Below the pieces are notes generated by a model, which saw only the letters and a list, made by a program, of their open reading frames with translations, did no database searches and had not been told where the DNA came from. The translations under genes were made by a program, and so were the position numbers. From positions 3,515 to 67,514 of the forward strand of contig JAKALS010000001.1 of NCBI GenBank assembly GCA_021813145.1: DNA of 64,000 nt. The letters run 5' to 3'. Source of the stretch: a bacterium (GTDB lineage: Bacteria > Patescibacteriota > Microgenomatia > Levybacterales > UBA12049). Shown piece by piece: positions 48,517-56,983 of this stretch (position 1 is its first letter; the number at the start of each line of letters is the position of its first letter).

Positions 48517-49332
48517 ATGGAAAAAATATATCTTAATATCTGCGGTTTTAATATTCTTTTAAAAGTTCATTACACCGATCAGCCCTATCATCTTGATAAT
48601 TTTGTCGGAATGGTTAAAAAAAACTATTCGGGTTTTATTAAAAGGGGAAAGGGAAAGGTTGATTTTACGGTTCATGTGGATTACACGGGCTCCGTCCTTT
48701 TAAAAATAGATAAAAAAAAGAACTCCGAAGTGGAGTATTTTGATATGAGGTCCTCCTATCTGGATATCCCCAAAAGGACACTTTTTTTTAATAATCCTCC
48801 CGGGGGATTAGATTTCGAATTTGGGCTTTCCATAATCTTAAATAAATATCTTATTCCCAACAGTAACGGTATGGCTCTTCACGGTTCGGCGGTTTCGTAT
48901 AAAAATAAAGCATTTATTTTTGAAGGAAGAAACGGGGCCGGGAAATCAACAACAGCCCAGATGCTCAACGGTCTTTGCAATATTTCTGCGGACGATTCGA
49001 TAGTTATAAGAAAGATAAAAGGAAGATTTTACCTGTTCCAGACAATAATCCACGATAAAAACTATAATTTTAAAAAGGGATGGCAGTCCTATACGGTAGA
49101 CAGGATCTTTTTCATAAAGAAGGCAAAAGAATACAAAATTCAAAAGATAGAAAACAAAAATATGATCTTAAACAAGATCTTAAAACAGATTTTTACATAT
49201 CCCGATATGATTAAAAGACAGTTTCCTTTACTGGTGGAGTTTGCAAACACAAAAGATTTTTATTATCTTTATGTAAAGAAAGACGAGAAAGAATTCAAAA
49301 AGTTTTTTAAAAAAGAAATTTTAAAGATATGA
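48517..49332 (+). CDS. HPr-kinase-like P-loop protein (third paralog)
   Basis: LHGSAV...FEGRNGAGKST...SADD; N-terminal L.I.GF.I shared with the 28767 and 29489 genes. Confidence 0.8.
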   Translation: MEKIYLNICGFNILLKVHYTDQPYHLDNFVGMVKKNYSGFIKRGKGKVDFTVHVDYTGSVLLKIDKKKNSEVEYFDMRSSYLDIPKRTLFFNNPPGGLDFEFGLSIILNKYLIPNSNGMALHGSAVSYKNKAFIFEGRNGAGKSTTAQMLNGLCNISADDSIVIRKIKGRFYLFQTIIHDKNYNFKKGWQSYTVDRIFFIKKAKEYKIQKIENKNMILNKILKQIFTYPDMIKRQFPLLVEFANTKDFYYLYVKKDEKEFKKFFKKEILKI

Positions 49333-49589
49333 AATACAAAGTAAATAAAGGTTTTATAATTCAAAAAGTAGGGGATAGTTCGACGATTTTTGACGGGGAA
49401 AAATCGGAACTTTATACTTTTAATAAAACTGCTACCTTGATTTTTGAAAAAATAAAGTCAGGCTGGGAAAGCGCAAAAATAATTGAATATCTTTCAAAAT
49501 TTTATTCGATTAAAAAAGAAGAGGCGGAAAAAGATTTTAACGAATTTGTATCCGAACTTATAAAATCAAAGATTCTTTCTAAAAAATAA
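49329..49589 (+). CDS. PqqD-family RiPP recognition element (RRE)
   Basis: 86 aa; three beta strands then FNKTATLIFEKI...YSI...A.KD..EFVSEL. Confidence 0.88.
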   Translation: MKYKVNKGFIIQKVGDSSTIFDGEKSELYTFNKTATLIFEKIKSGWESAKIIEYLSKFYSIKKEEAEKDFNEFVSELIKSKILSKK

Positions 49590-50801
49590 TTTCTCCCGGA
49601 TTTTCTTTTCAACAACCCAATATACGGAATAGACGACTTCTTTATTTGTAAATACAAAAGCCTTTCTGTAAAAAGGGAGAGGGGAGAGGAAAAAAATTGT
49701 CTTGAACCTTTTTACGCCTCCCGTTACTCTTTCGTCCTGGTTAAGTATGTCTATTCCCCTAATCATTTTATTCATATATCCGTTTTTTTCCGGCTTAATT
49801 TTGTTTAAAACGGAAGAGGGAACGGGAGTCTTGTAATACTTTTTAAGAAGAAAAAGAGCGGGGTAAATAAAATTTTCAAGTTTATATTCTTTTATGATCC
49901 TTAGAGCGTTTTCTCCGATTTTATCTTTTTTAATTACGGTGTTTATAAATTCATAACGGTAAGTTCCTTCAAAATTATGGTGAAAAAGGTGAAGGCAAAG
50001 GTAAACGGCAAGATTATCTTTTGAAAGAACGGGAAAATTCTCTCCGTTTACCGTTATTTGTCTTTTGCTATTTAAAAAGTCCGAAGTAAGAGAGTCTACG
50101 AGTTTTTGCGGATAAAGGCTATTCAACTCGCCAAGCTGTGTCATTAAAAAAACAATTTCGAAATGTACGTCAAAAACCACGGCAAATCCGTTTACGTATT
50201 TTATAAAAGTTATTTCCGATTCCTTGTTTTTTAACTGCTTATGCTTTTTGGAAAGGCTGTCTTCGGTTTGCTCATATCCGAATTCTTTTAAAATCCTTTT
50301 AACTTTATTAAAATCGTTTCTTTTAACAAGTATGTCGCAGTCGGCGTAAATTCTCCTGGGGTGGGTCTTTTCGAAATATAAATGAAGGGGAAGGCCCTTT
50401 AGAAAAACAACGTCTATGCCTTTTTTCTCCAGGATTTTTTTAATTTTTATTATTTCCAAAAAATAGAGGCTGGACTGCATAAGATAGAGACTTTCGGGGC
50501 TGAATATTTCTTTACCCCTTTTAACATTTTCCACAATCCCGAGTATGTTTTTTGCCGAAACTCTTTTATCGGAAGTATGGTTGTTATCGCCTTTGGTTAT
50601 AACATAGTCTTTGCCTTTATAAATTACTCTGTGGGTAAAATAAGTATTGCCGTTTTTTACCGTTATTATGTCGTTGGTTTTAATTCTTTTAAAGGGGATT
50701 TTTTTAAGGTATAAAATATCCCCGTCCAAAAGAAGGGGATACATGCTGTTGCCGAAAGTCTTAAGCCCTCTTTTTAAGAAATCTCTATTATTTATATCCA
50801 T
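49566..50801 (-). CDS. S24/S26 peptidase fused to NTP_transf_5-type nucleotidyltransferase
   Basis: N-terminal GNSMYP.L..GD...THRV...TKGDNN; C-terminal LKG...R...DCDILV...DVH...LCLH..HH. Confidence 0.85.
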   Translation of the reverse strand: MDINNRDFLKRGLKTFGNSMYPLLLDGDILYLKKIPFKRIKTNDIITVKNGNTYFTHRVIYKGKDYVITKGDNNHTSDKRVSAKNILGIVENVKRGKEIFSPESLYLMQSSLYFLEIIKIKKILEKKGIDVVFLKGLPLHLYFEKTHPRRIYADCDILVKRNDFNKVKRILKEFGYEQTEDSLSKKHKQLKNKESEITFIKYVNGFAVVFDVHFEIVFLMTQLGELNSLYPQKLVDSLTSDFLNSKRQITVNGENFPVLSKDNLAVYLCLHLFHHNFEGTYRYEFINTVIKKDKIGENALRIIKEYKLENFIYPALFLLKKYYKTPVPSSVLNKIKPEKNGYMNKMIRGIDILNQDERVTGGVKRFKTIFFLSPLPFYRKAFVFTNKEVVYSVYWVVEKKIREKLFFRKNL

Positions 50802-50852
50802 TCTTTTGAATATTCTAGCATAAGGATAAACGAAGTAGTAAAATAAGCCGTA

Positions 50853-52673
50853 ATGGCAGGCCTTATTAAAAATGAAAGGATAGGTAAAATCCTTGGGACG
50901 GCAAAAACCTCAAAACGCCTTCTTTTGTTTTTGTGGAAAATTGACAAGCCACTTTTTTTGACAAGTTTTATCGTTGCCGTTGTTCCCGCGTTTATTCCTT
51001 TTGCGAATGCGTACATTTACAAATTGATAATCGATTTTATAGTTTCTTCTTTCGGGAAGCCTAACGTAAGTCTTTCTTTCCTTTTTATTTTAATGGGTTT
51101 TCGTCTCGGCACCTTTGTTTTGCAGGAAGTATTTTTTTCTTTGCAAAGTTATGTAGATCTTTTGGTATGGACAAAACTTCCGGTTGAGCTTTACAGAGTT
51201 GTACTTTTAAAACTTTCGGAACTGAATTTACAGTATTTTGAGGACAGCAACTTTAAAGACATGCTCCAACGCGTAAAAGAAAGCTATACATGGAGGCCTC
51301 TTAATATGATCTCTGCCCTTTTTTATACCATGCAAAGCCTTACAGGCCTTATTCTTGCAGTTTTAATAATTGCCACCCTAAATATTTTCCTCGGACTTTT
51401 TATTCTTTTGATAGCCGTTCCCGTATTCTTTAACCAGACAAAGTATGCAAAAACAATATGGGGTCTATGGGAAGAGCATTCTCCGTACAGAAAAAAATTC
51501 TGGTATATATCCGACCTTATCCAAAACGGACAGAGCGCAAAAGAGATGAAGATTTTCCAGACAGCAAAAAATTTTATAGGCGAACTGGACAAAATACAAA
51601 AAAAGTTTGTGAGCCAAAATTCCAAAGTCGGGAAAAGAAGATTTTTAACGACAATGATTTTTGACATAGGCGGAATAGTTGTTTATTTTGCCATAGAACT
51701 TTTTATAGTCCTTTTAACTGTAGCCGGAAAGATTACCCTCGGAAGCCTTACTTACTTTACTTTTGTAGTGGCAAACTTCCAGCAGGCTGTTAACGGACTA
51801 TTCAGGAATATGTCCCAGGTCTATACACAAACTCTTTTTGTCGAGGATATATTTAGGGTCCTTGACGCAAAGCCCACTATTACAACTTCTAAAAGAGCCG
51901 TAAAGCAGGATATACATAAAGCTCCTTTAATAGAATTTAAAAATGTCAATTTTTCCTATCCCGGATCCAAAAAAGCCGTGCTAAAGAATTTTTCCCTTAA
52001 GATTAATCCCGGAGAAAAAGTGGCATTTGTAGGCGAAAACGGCGCCGGTAAGACAACAATAGTAAAACTTTTGGCACGTTTTTATGATACAGATTCGGGG
52101 GAAATACTTATAAACGGCATCAATATAAAAGATATAGACCTTGTTTCCTGGTACAGGACTTTGGGGGTTATTTTTCAGGATTTTATAAAGTACGAATATA
52201 CCCTGCGGGAAAATATTTATTTCGGAAAGACTTTTGAAAAGGAAGACATAAAAGAAATCAGAAAGGCGGCGGGAAAGTCCGGTGCCGATAAGGTGGCAAA
52301 CAGTCTTGAAAAAGGATACGAACAGATTCTGGGAAAAACATTCGAAGGCGGCGCGGACCTATCGGTGGGAGAGTGGCAAAAAGTGGCACTTGCAAGGGCT
52401 TTTTTCCGTAACGCCCCCGTCCTTATTCTGGACGAGCCTACTTCTGCCATTGATCCGAAGTCCGAAAACGAGATATTCGAAAAAGTGGAGGATTTGGGTA
52501 AAAACAAGACAGTCCTTATTATTTCCCACAGGTTTTCAACAGTTAGAAACGCGGATACGATTTATGTAATAGAAAAAGGAAGAATAAAAGAGGCGGGAAA
52601 CCACGAAAAGTTAATGAAACAAAAAGGGATTTACGAAAAGCTTTTTACGATACAGGCCAAAAGGTACAGATAA
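50853..52673 (+). CDS. ABC exporter, fused permease/ATPase (no C39 domain)
   Basis: TM domain; GENGAGKT, LSVGEWQ, LDEPT, SHR. Confidence 0.93.
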   Translation: MAGLIKNERIGKILGTAKTSKRLLLFLWKIDKPLFLTSFIVAVVPAFIPFANAYIYKLIIDFIVSSFGKPNVSLSFLFILMGFRLGTFVLQEVFFSLQSYVDLLVWTKLPVELYRVVLLKLSELNLQYFEDSNFKDMLQRVKESYTWRPLNMISALFYTMQSLTGLILAVLIIATLNIFLGLFILLIAVPVFFNQTKYAKTIWGLWEEHSPYRKKFWYISDLIQNGQSAKEMKIFQTAKNFIGELDKIQKKFVSQNSKVGKRRFLTTMIFDIGGIVVYFAIELFIVLLTVAGKITLGSLTYFTFVVANFQQAVNGLFRNMSQVYTQTLFVEDIFRVLDAKPTITTSKRAVKQDIHKAPLIEFKNVNFSYPGSKKAVLKNFSLKINPGEKVAFVGENGAGKTTIVKLLARFYDTDSGEILINGINIKDIDLVSWYRTLGVIFQDFIKYEYTLRENIYFGKTFEKEDIKEIRKAAGKSGADKVANSLEKGYEQILGKTFEGGADLSVGEWQKVALARAFFRNAPVLILDEPTSAIDPKSENEIFEKVEDLGKNKTVLIISHRFSTVRNADTIYVIEKGRIKEAGNHEKLMKQKGIYEKLFTIQAKRYR

Positions 52674-52674
52674 T

Positions 52675-53409
52675 TTATTTTCTTCTTCTTGAGGTTTTTT
52701 TACTGTTGCTCCACAAAAGCGCCAAAAGCAGCATTGCTACAATTATTAAGAAAATCAGCGCAAAGACCTTTTGTGTATATAAAGAAGGTCCCGATGATGT
52801 TGTTTTTGCGGGAACATAGGTTCCCGGAGTGGGAGGAGTAAGCGAAGAATCATTTTTGGCAATAATTTTATTTATTCCGACCATAAAAGCACTGTCCTGA
52901 ATCGGGATTTGAGTGTTTAAAAGAATATGTCCCGTAAAGCTTTTTGAATTCGCAACGTCGATATTTCCCACGGAACCCATGGGATAGAAGTATGTGTTTG
53001 TCCCAACATAGTTGTTGTAAACCTGGGCAGAAATTTGATTAGAAGGTGTAACTACTTTCCCCTTTGAATTTATAAAGACCAGGTAGTACGAGGCAATAGG
53101 AGACTGGTCTTTTGGGAGAATTGTCTTAAGTTTGTCCCAGTTTCCTTCGAACACATATACGTTTACATTATCGTTAAAGCTTTGAGGCGGAACGGTAATT
53201 GTTGTAAACGGAAAAAGATTTATTGTTTTAGGCGAAGTTTCCCCGTACTGTATAAAGCTTGTGGCAACGGGTTTTGTCATGTCAAAAAGAGGATTATTCG
53301 GAATGGTTGCGGGAGGAGTCTGTGCAAAGGAAGTTTTTCCCAAAAGCAGGAAGGCAAGTATGAGAGGTAAAACTACAAGCAATTTTATTTTTTTCATGCT
53401 CTTATTCAA
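52675..53409 (-). CDS. Secreted protein with C-terminal TM anchor and basic tail
   Basis: Signal peptide ending SFA; C-terminal TM + KKTSRRRK. Confidence 0.65.
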   Translation of the reverse strand: MNKSMKKIKLLVVLPLILAFLLLGKTSFAQTPPATIPNNPLFDMTKPVATSFIQYGETSPKTINLFPFTTITVPPQSFNDNVNVYVFEGNWDKLKTILPKDQSPIASYYLVFINSKGKVVTPSNQISAQVYNNYVGTNTYFYPMGSVGNIDVANSKSFTGHILLNTQIPIQDSAFMVGINKIIAKNDSSLTPPTPGTYVPAKTTSSGPSLYTQKVFALIFLIIVAMLLLALLWSNSKKTSRRRK

Positions 53410-53441
53410 TTAAACCCTGTAGAAAACTTTTTGTCAAGGTG

Positions 53442-53470
53442 TTGCGTTTGGAAAGAAGTTTTTGTATAAT
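53442..53470 (+). promoter_or_regulatory. rpsB promoter TTGCGT-N17-TATAAT
   Basis: Consensus boxes upstream of the rpsB leader. Confidence 0.7.
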
Positions 53471-53477
53471 TCCATTA

Positions 53478-53594
53478 TCACTCACATCCGTTGCGTGTCC
53501 CTGTGAGCATAGAACTCATTATTACGGATGGAGGAAAAACCCTCCTTCGCTCCAGCACTTCGGAGCTACGGAAGGGTAAAGGGAACAAATTCAT
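53478..53594 (+). promoter_or_regulatory. Putative rpsB (S2) autoregulatory leader RNA
   Basis: CAC-ATCCGT...ACGGAT-GGAG stem resembles rpsB leaders; a second GC-rich hairpin follows. Confidence 0.55.
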
Positions 53595-54473
53595 ATGAGA
53601 GAAATAACGCTTGAAGAGTTATTGGAAGCAGGATGCCATTTCGGGCATCAGGTAACAAGGTCAAACCCTAAGGCAAGGGATTTTGTTTTTGAAGCAAGAG
53701 ACAATATTCAGATAATAGACTTGGCAAAAACAAAAGAAGGCCTTGATAACGCAGCCGCATATATTAAAGAGCTAGGTAAAAAAGGAAAAACCTTACTGGT
53801 GGTTGCCACTAAAAGGCAGGCGCAGGGGATAGTTAACGAAGAAATAGCCAGAGCAAAAGAATTACTCAAAGACGGAAAATCAGGCCAGGGAGACGGCCTA
53901 TATTATGTTACAAATAGATGGATTGGGGGGATACTTACAAACCTTCCCGAAGTTTCAAAGAACTTTAAGAAATTAAAAGACCTTAAGGCAAATTTGGCGT
54001 CTCCCGAGGAAAAGGCAAAGTATACAAAAAGAGAAGTCGGCCTTTGGGAAAAGGAAATACAAAGACTCGAAGCTCTCTACGGGGGAATATCTGAACTTAA
54101 AGAAAAACCCGACGCAATGTTTGTTATAGATTCCCATCTGGAAGAGCTTGCTATTAAAGAGGCAGCTAATATGGGGGTAACGACGGTTGCAATCGTTGAC
54201 ACAAATGCAGACCCTTATATTATTGATTATCCCATTCCTGCAAACGACGATGCGGTCGGTTCTATAAAACTTATTGCCTCTTATATAATGGATGCCTGGG
54301 TTGAGGGAAGAAAAGACTTTGAGTCTTCCCTGGCTAAAGCTTCACAGGAAAAAGAAAAAGAAGAAGTAAAGCCAAAGAAAGCGGAATCTAAAGAAAAGAA
54401 AGAAGAAAAAAAAGAGGCTAAAGAAAAAACAAAAAGTACACCTAAAAAGGAAACGAAAACTTCAAAAAAATAA
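53595..54473 (+). CDS. rpsB: 30S ribosomal protein S2
   Basis: LLEAGCHFGH, RWIGGILTN, DTNADP, PANDDA. Confidence 0.98.
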   Translation: MREITLEELLEAGCHFGHQVTRSNPKARDFVFEARDNIQIIDLAKTKEGLDNAAAYIKELGKKGKTLLVVATKRQAQGIVNEEIARAKELLKDGKSGQGDGLYYVTNRWIGGILTNLPEVSKNFKKLKDLKANLASPEEKAKYTKREVGLWEKEIQRLEALYGGISELKEKPDAMFVIDSHLEELAIKEAANMGVTTVAIVDTNADPYIIDYPIPANDDAVGSIKLIASYIMDAWVEGRKDFESSLAKASQEKEKEEVKPKKAESKEKKEEKKEAKEKTKSTPKKETKTSKK

Positions 54474-54495
54474 TTTTGAATTATAAATTAAGCTT

Positions 54496-54948
54496 ATGGC
54501 AGATATAAAACTCATTAAACAATTAAGGGAAGAAACACAGGCTTCCATTTCGGACATAAAAATGGCGCTTGAGGAGTCGAAAGGGGACTCAAAAAATGCA
54601 ATAGAGTGGCTTAAAAAAAGAGGCCTCGAAAAAGCCGAGAAAAAAACAGGAAGGGAAACAGGGGAAGGGCTGGTGGAAGCATACATCCACCAAAATGGAA
54701 AAGTGGGAGTGTTGGTTGAGCTTTTGTGCGAAACGGATTTCGTTGCAAGAACGGAAGAATTTAAAAAATTAGCCCACGAGGTAGCAATGCAGGTAGCTGC
54801 CATGGATCCTAAAAACGTGGACGCTTTGCTTAAGCAGGAATATATAAGAGACAATTCTCAGACAATAGAACAGCTTGTGAAAGGCGTAATAGGAAAACTC
54901 GGAGAGAACATTAAGATCAACAGCTTTTCAAGAATAGAAATCAAATAA
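54496..54948 (+). CDS. tsf: Elongation factor Ts (short form)
   Basis: IKQLREET, YIH, CETDFVAR, KLGENI. Confidence 0.96.
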   Translation: MADIKLIKQLREETQASISDIKMALEESKGDSKNAIEWLKKRGLEKAEKKTGRETGEGLVEAYIHQNGKVGVLVELLCETDFVARTEEFKKLAHEVAMQVAAMDPKNVDALLKQEYIRDNSQTIEQLVKGVIGKLGENIKINSFSRIEIK

Positions 54949-55050
54949 AATCTCATTTTTTATTCCTCTTAACAAATTTCAAATTCCTGAATGTAAATAA
55001 AAATTTAGCAGAATTGTAATTATTTAAATTAATTGCTATTATTTCTGTGT

Positions 55051-55614
55051 ATGAATCCGAATACGGTAGACAACGCAAGGGGACAGATGCAAAAAATAAT
55101 AGAGGTCTTAAAAACAGACCTTTCTACAGTCAGAACAGGCAGGGCAACTCCCTCCCTAGTAGAGAATATAGTTATTAACGCATATCAGGGAACTGCAAGA
55201 ATGCGTGTTGTAGAGCTTGCGCATGTTGCCGTCTCGGATCCCCAGACGCTTTTGATTACTCCTTTTGACCCTTCAATAACAGGGGAGATTAATAAGGGAA
55301 TACAGGAAGCAAATATCGGTTTTACTCCCGTTATAGACGGAGAGAAAATAAGAATTTCCATTCCTCTGCTTTCCGAGGAAAGAAGGCAGGAGCTTGTTCA
55401 TCTTGTAAATCAAAAGCTCGAGGGCGGAAAAATTCAGGTAAGACAGACAAGGCACGAAGCAATGACGGAAGTTAAAAAAATGCTCGATAACAAAGAGATT
55501 TCCGAAGACGACCAGCAAAGACTTGAAAAAGAAATTCAAAAATTAACAGACGACACAATAGCAGAAATTGACACTTTAGGAAAGAAAAAAGAAGAAGAGC
55601 TAATGGCCGTATAG
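55051..55614 (+). CDS. frr: Ribosome recycling factor
   Basis: RTGRATP, PLLSEERR, ISEDD; start refined to ATG 55051. Confidence 0.96.
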   Translation: MNPNTVDNARGQMQKIIEVLKTDLSTVRTGRATPSLVENIVINAYQGTARMRVVELAHVAVSDPQTLLITPFDPSITGEINKGIQEANIGFTPVIDGEKIRISIPLLSEERRQELVHLVNQKLEGGKIQVRQTRHEAMTEVKKMLDNKEISEDDQQRLEKEIQKLTDDTIAEIDTLGKKKEEELMAV

Positions 55615-55701
55615 TTTATTTGGTGCGATTACGGCTAATCCTTTCCTCATGAATTCGGAAATCTTTAATCTTCAATGATATTCTGGTATACTCACTAGGT
55701 T

Positions 55702-56820
55702 ATGTTAGTCACGGTAATAATTTTCATAGTCATCCTCTCGGTTCTTGTTTTAATACACGAAGCAGGACATTTCTTTGTCGCAAAATTTTTCGGAATAAAA
55801 GTGGAAGAATTCGGTTTCGGTCTGCCGCCACGAGCTTTCGGGATAAAAAGGGGAGAGACAATATATTCAATTAACTGGCTTCCTATAGGAGGATTTGTAA
55901 AACTTTACGGTGAAGACGAAGCAGGAACAGGAGCAGTGAGTATAAAAGAGCAAAAAGTGAGCAAAAAAGACAGAGAAAGAGCCTTTTTTGCTAAACCCGT
56001 ATGGCAAAGAGCTTTGGTTGTTTTAGCCGGAGTAGTAATGAATTTTGTTCTTGCAGTTGCAATAATCTCCATTTTATTTTCCGCGGTGGGAATACAAACA
56101 GGAGGAAACAAGGTTATTGTTACCCAGGTAATCCCTAATTCTCCCGCGCAAAAAGCAGGCCTTAAAGTCGGAGATACGATTGAAGCAATTAATAATACGG
56201 CAGTCTCAAGCCCAGGCCAACTGGTTACAATAACAAGAGGACACCTCGGCCAAAAACTTACTTTAAGGGTATTAACTACAAAGGATAAACAGGAGATATT
56301 GGAAGTAACGCCAAGAAAAAATTATCCTCCCGACCAGGGACCTATGGGTGTTGCTATTTCCCAAAATATTATTATTAAAAAATATCCATGGTATGAAGCT
56401 CCATTCGTAGGCACAAGCCAAGCCCTTAGTGAGTCCTGGCTGATACTCTCGGGACTTGGGATGGTTGTGGTACAGCTTTTTACAAAAGCGTCGGTTCCTT
56501 CGGGAGTTGCGGGGCCTGTCGGAATTGCCGAACTAACAGGGACTTTTGTCCAGCTGGGTCTCCCGGCTCTGCTTTCTTTCGTTTCACTTTTATCTCTTAA
56601 CCTTGCTATTCTTAATATTTTGCCGATTCCAGCCCTTGACGGAGGAAGACTATTCTTTATCCTTGTTGAGGGAATAACAAGAAGAAAAGTAGACCAGAGA
56701 GTTGAGTCTTATGCTCATGCAATCGGCATGGCTGTTCTTCTTCTCATAATAGCGCTAATAACCCTCCACGACATTATAAGGCTTATAAGCGGACAGCCTA
56801 TTCTTCAGATTCCAAAGTAA
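55702..56820 (+). CDS. rseP: RIP metalloprotease RseP (M50 + PDZ)
   Basis: HEAGH, PIGGFV, PDZ SPAQKAGLKVGD, NILPIPALDGG. Confidence 0.95.
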   Translation: MLVTVIIFIVILSVLVLIHEAGHFFVAKFFGIKVEEFGFGLPPRAFGIKRGETIYSINWLPIGGFVKLYGEDEAGTGAVSIKEQKVSKKDRERAFFAKPVWQRALVVLAGVVMNFVLAVAIISILFSAVGIQTGGNKVIVTQVIPNSPAQKAGLKVGDTIEAINNTAVSSPGQLVTITRGHLGQKLTLRVLTTKDKQEILEVTPRKNYPPDQGPMGVAISQNIIIKKYPWYEAPFVGTSQALSESWLILSGLGMVVVQLFTKASVPSGVAGPVGIAELTGTFVQLGLPALLSFVSLLSLNLAILNILPIPALDGGRLFFILVEGITRRKVDQRVESYAHAIGMAVLLLIIALITLHDIIRLISGQPILQIPK

Positions 56821-56983
56821 AAGGGGTAGCATTCAATCTTTTGATCCTTCTTCCATTAGCTGGAAGACAAGATGCTCCGGTTCATAAAATTCAAATTCTC
56901 CCTCGGCAGTGCGCCTGAAGACCTGATACAGGGGGCATAATTCTCTTGTTGGGAGGCAAATACAACAGACAATCCTTTAAAAA

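Noticed and set aside
48517-52673. Lasso peptide cluster interpretation
   Set aside because: No asparagine-synthetase-like cyclase or transglutaminase-like B2 in the window; the cores lack an Asp/Glu at positions 7-9 for a macrolactam.
56832-56972. Protein-like minus-strand frame IVCCICLPTRELCPLYQVFRRTAEGEFEFYEPEHLVFQLMEEGSKD
   Set aside because: No ATG/GTG near its 5' end and an in-frame stop just upstream; could be a gene remnant but is not supportable.
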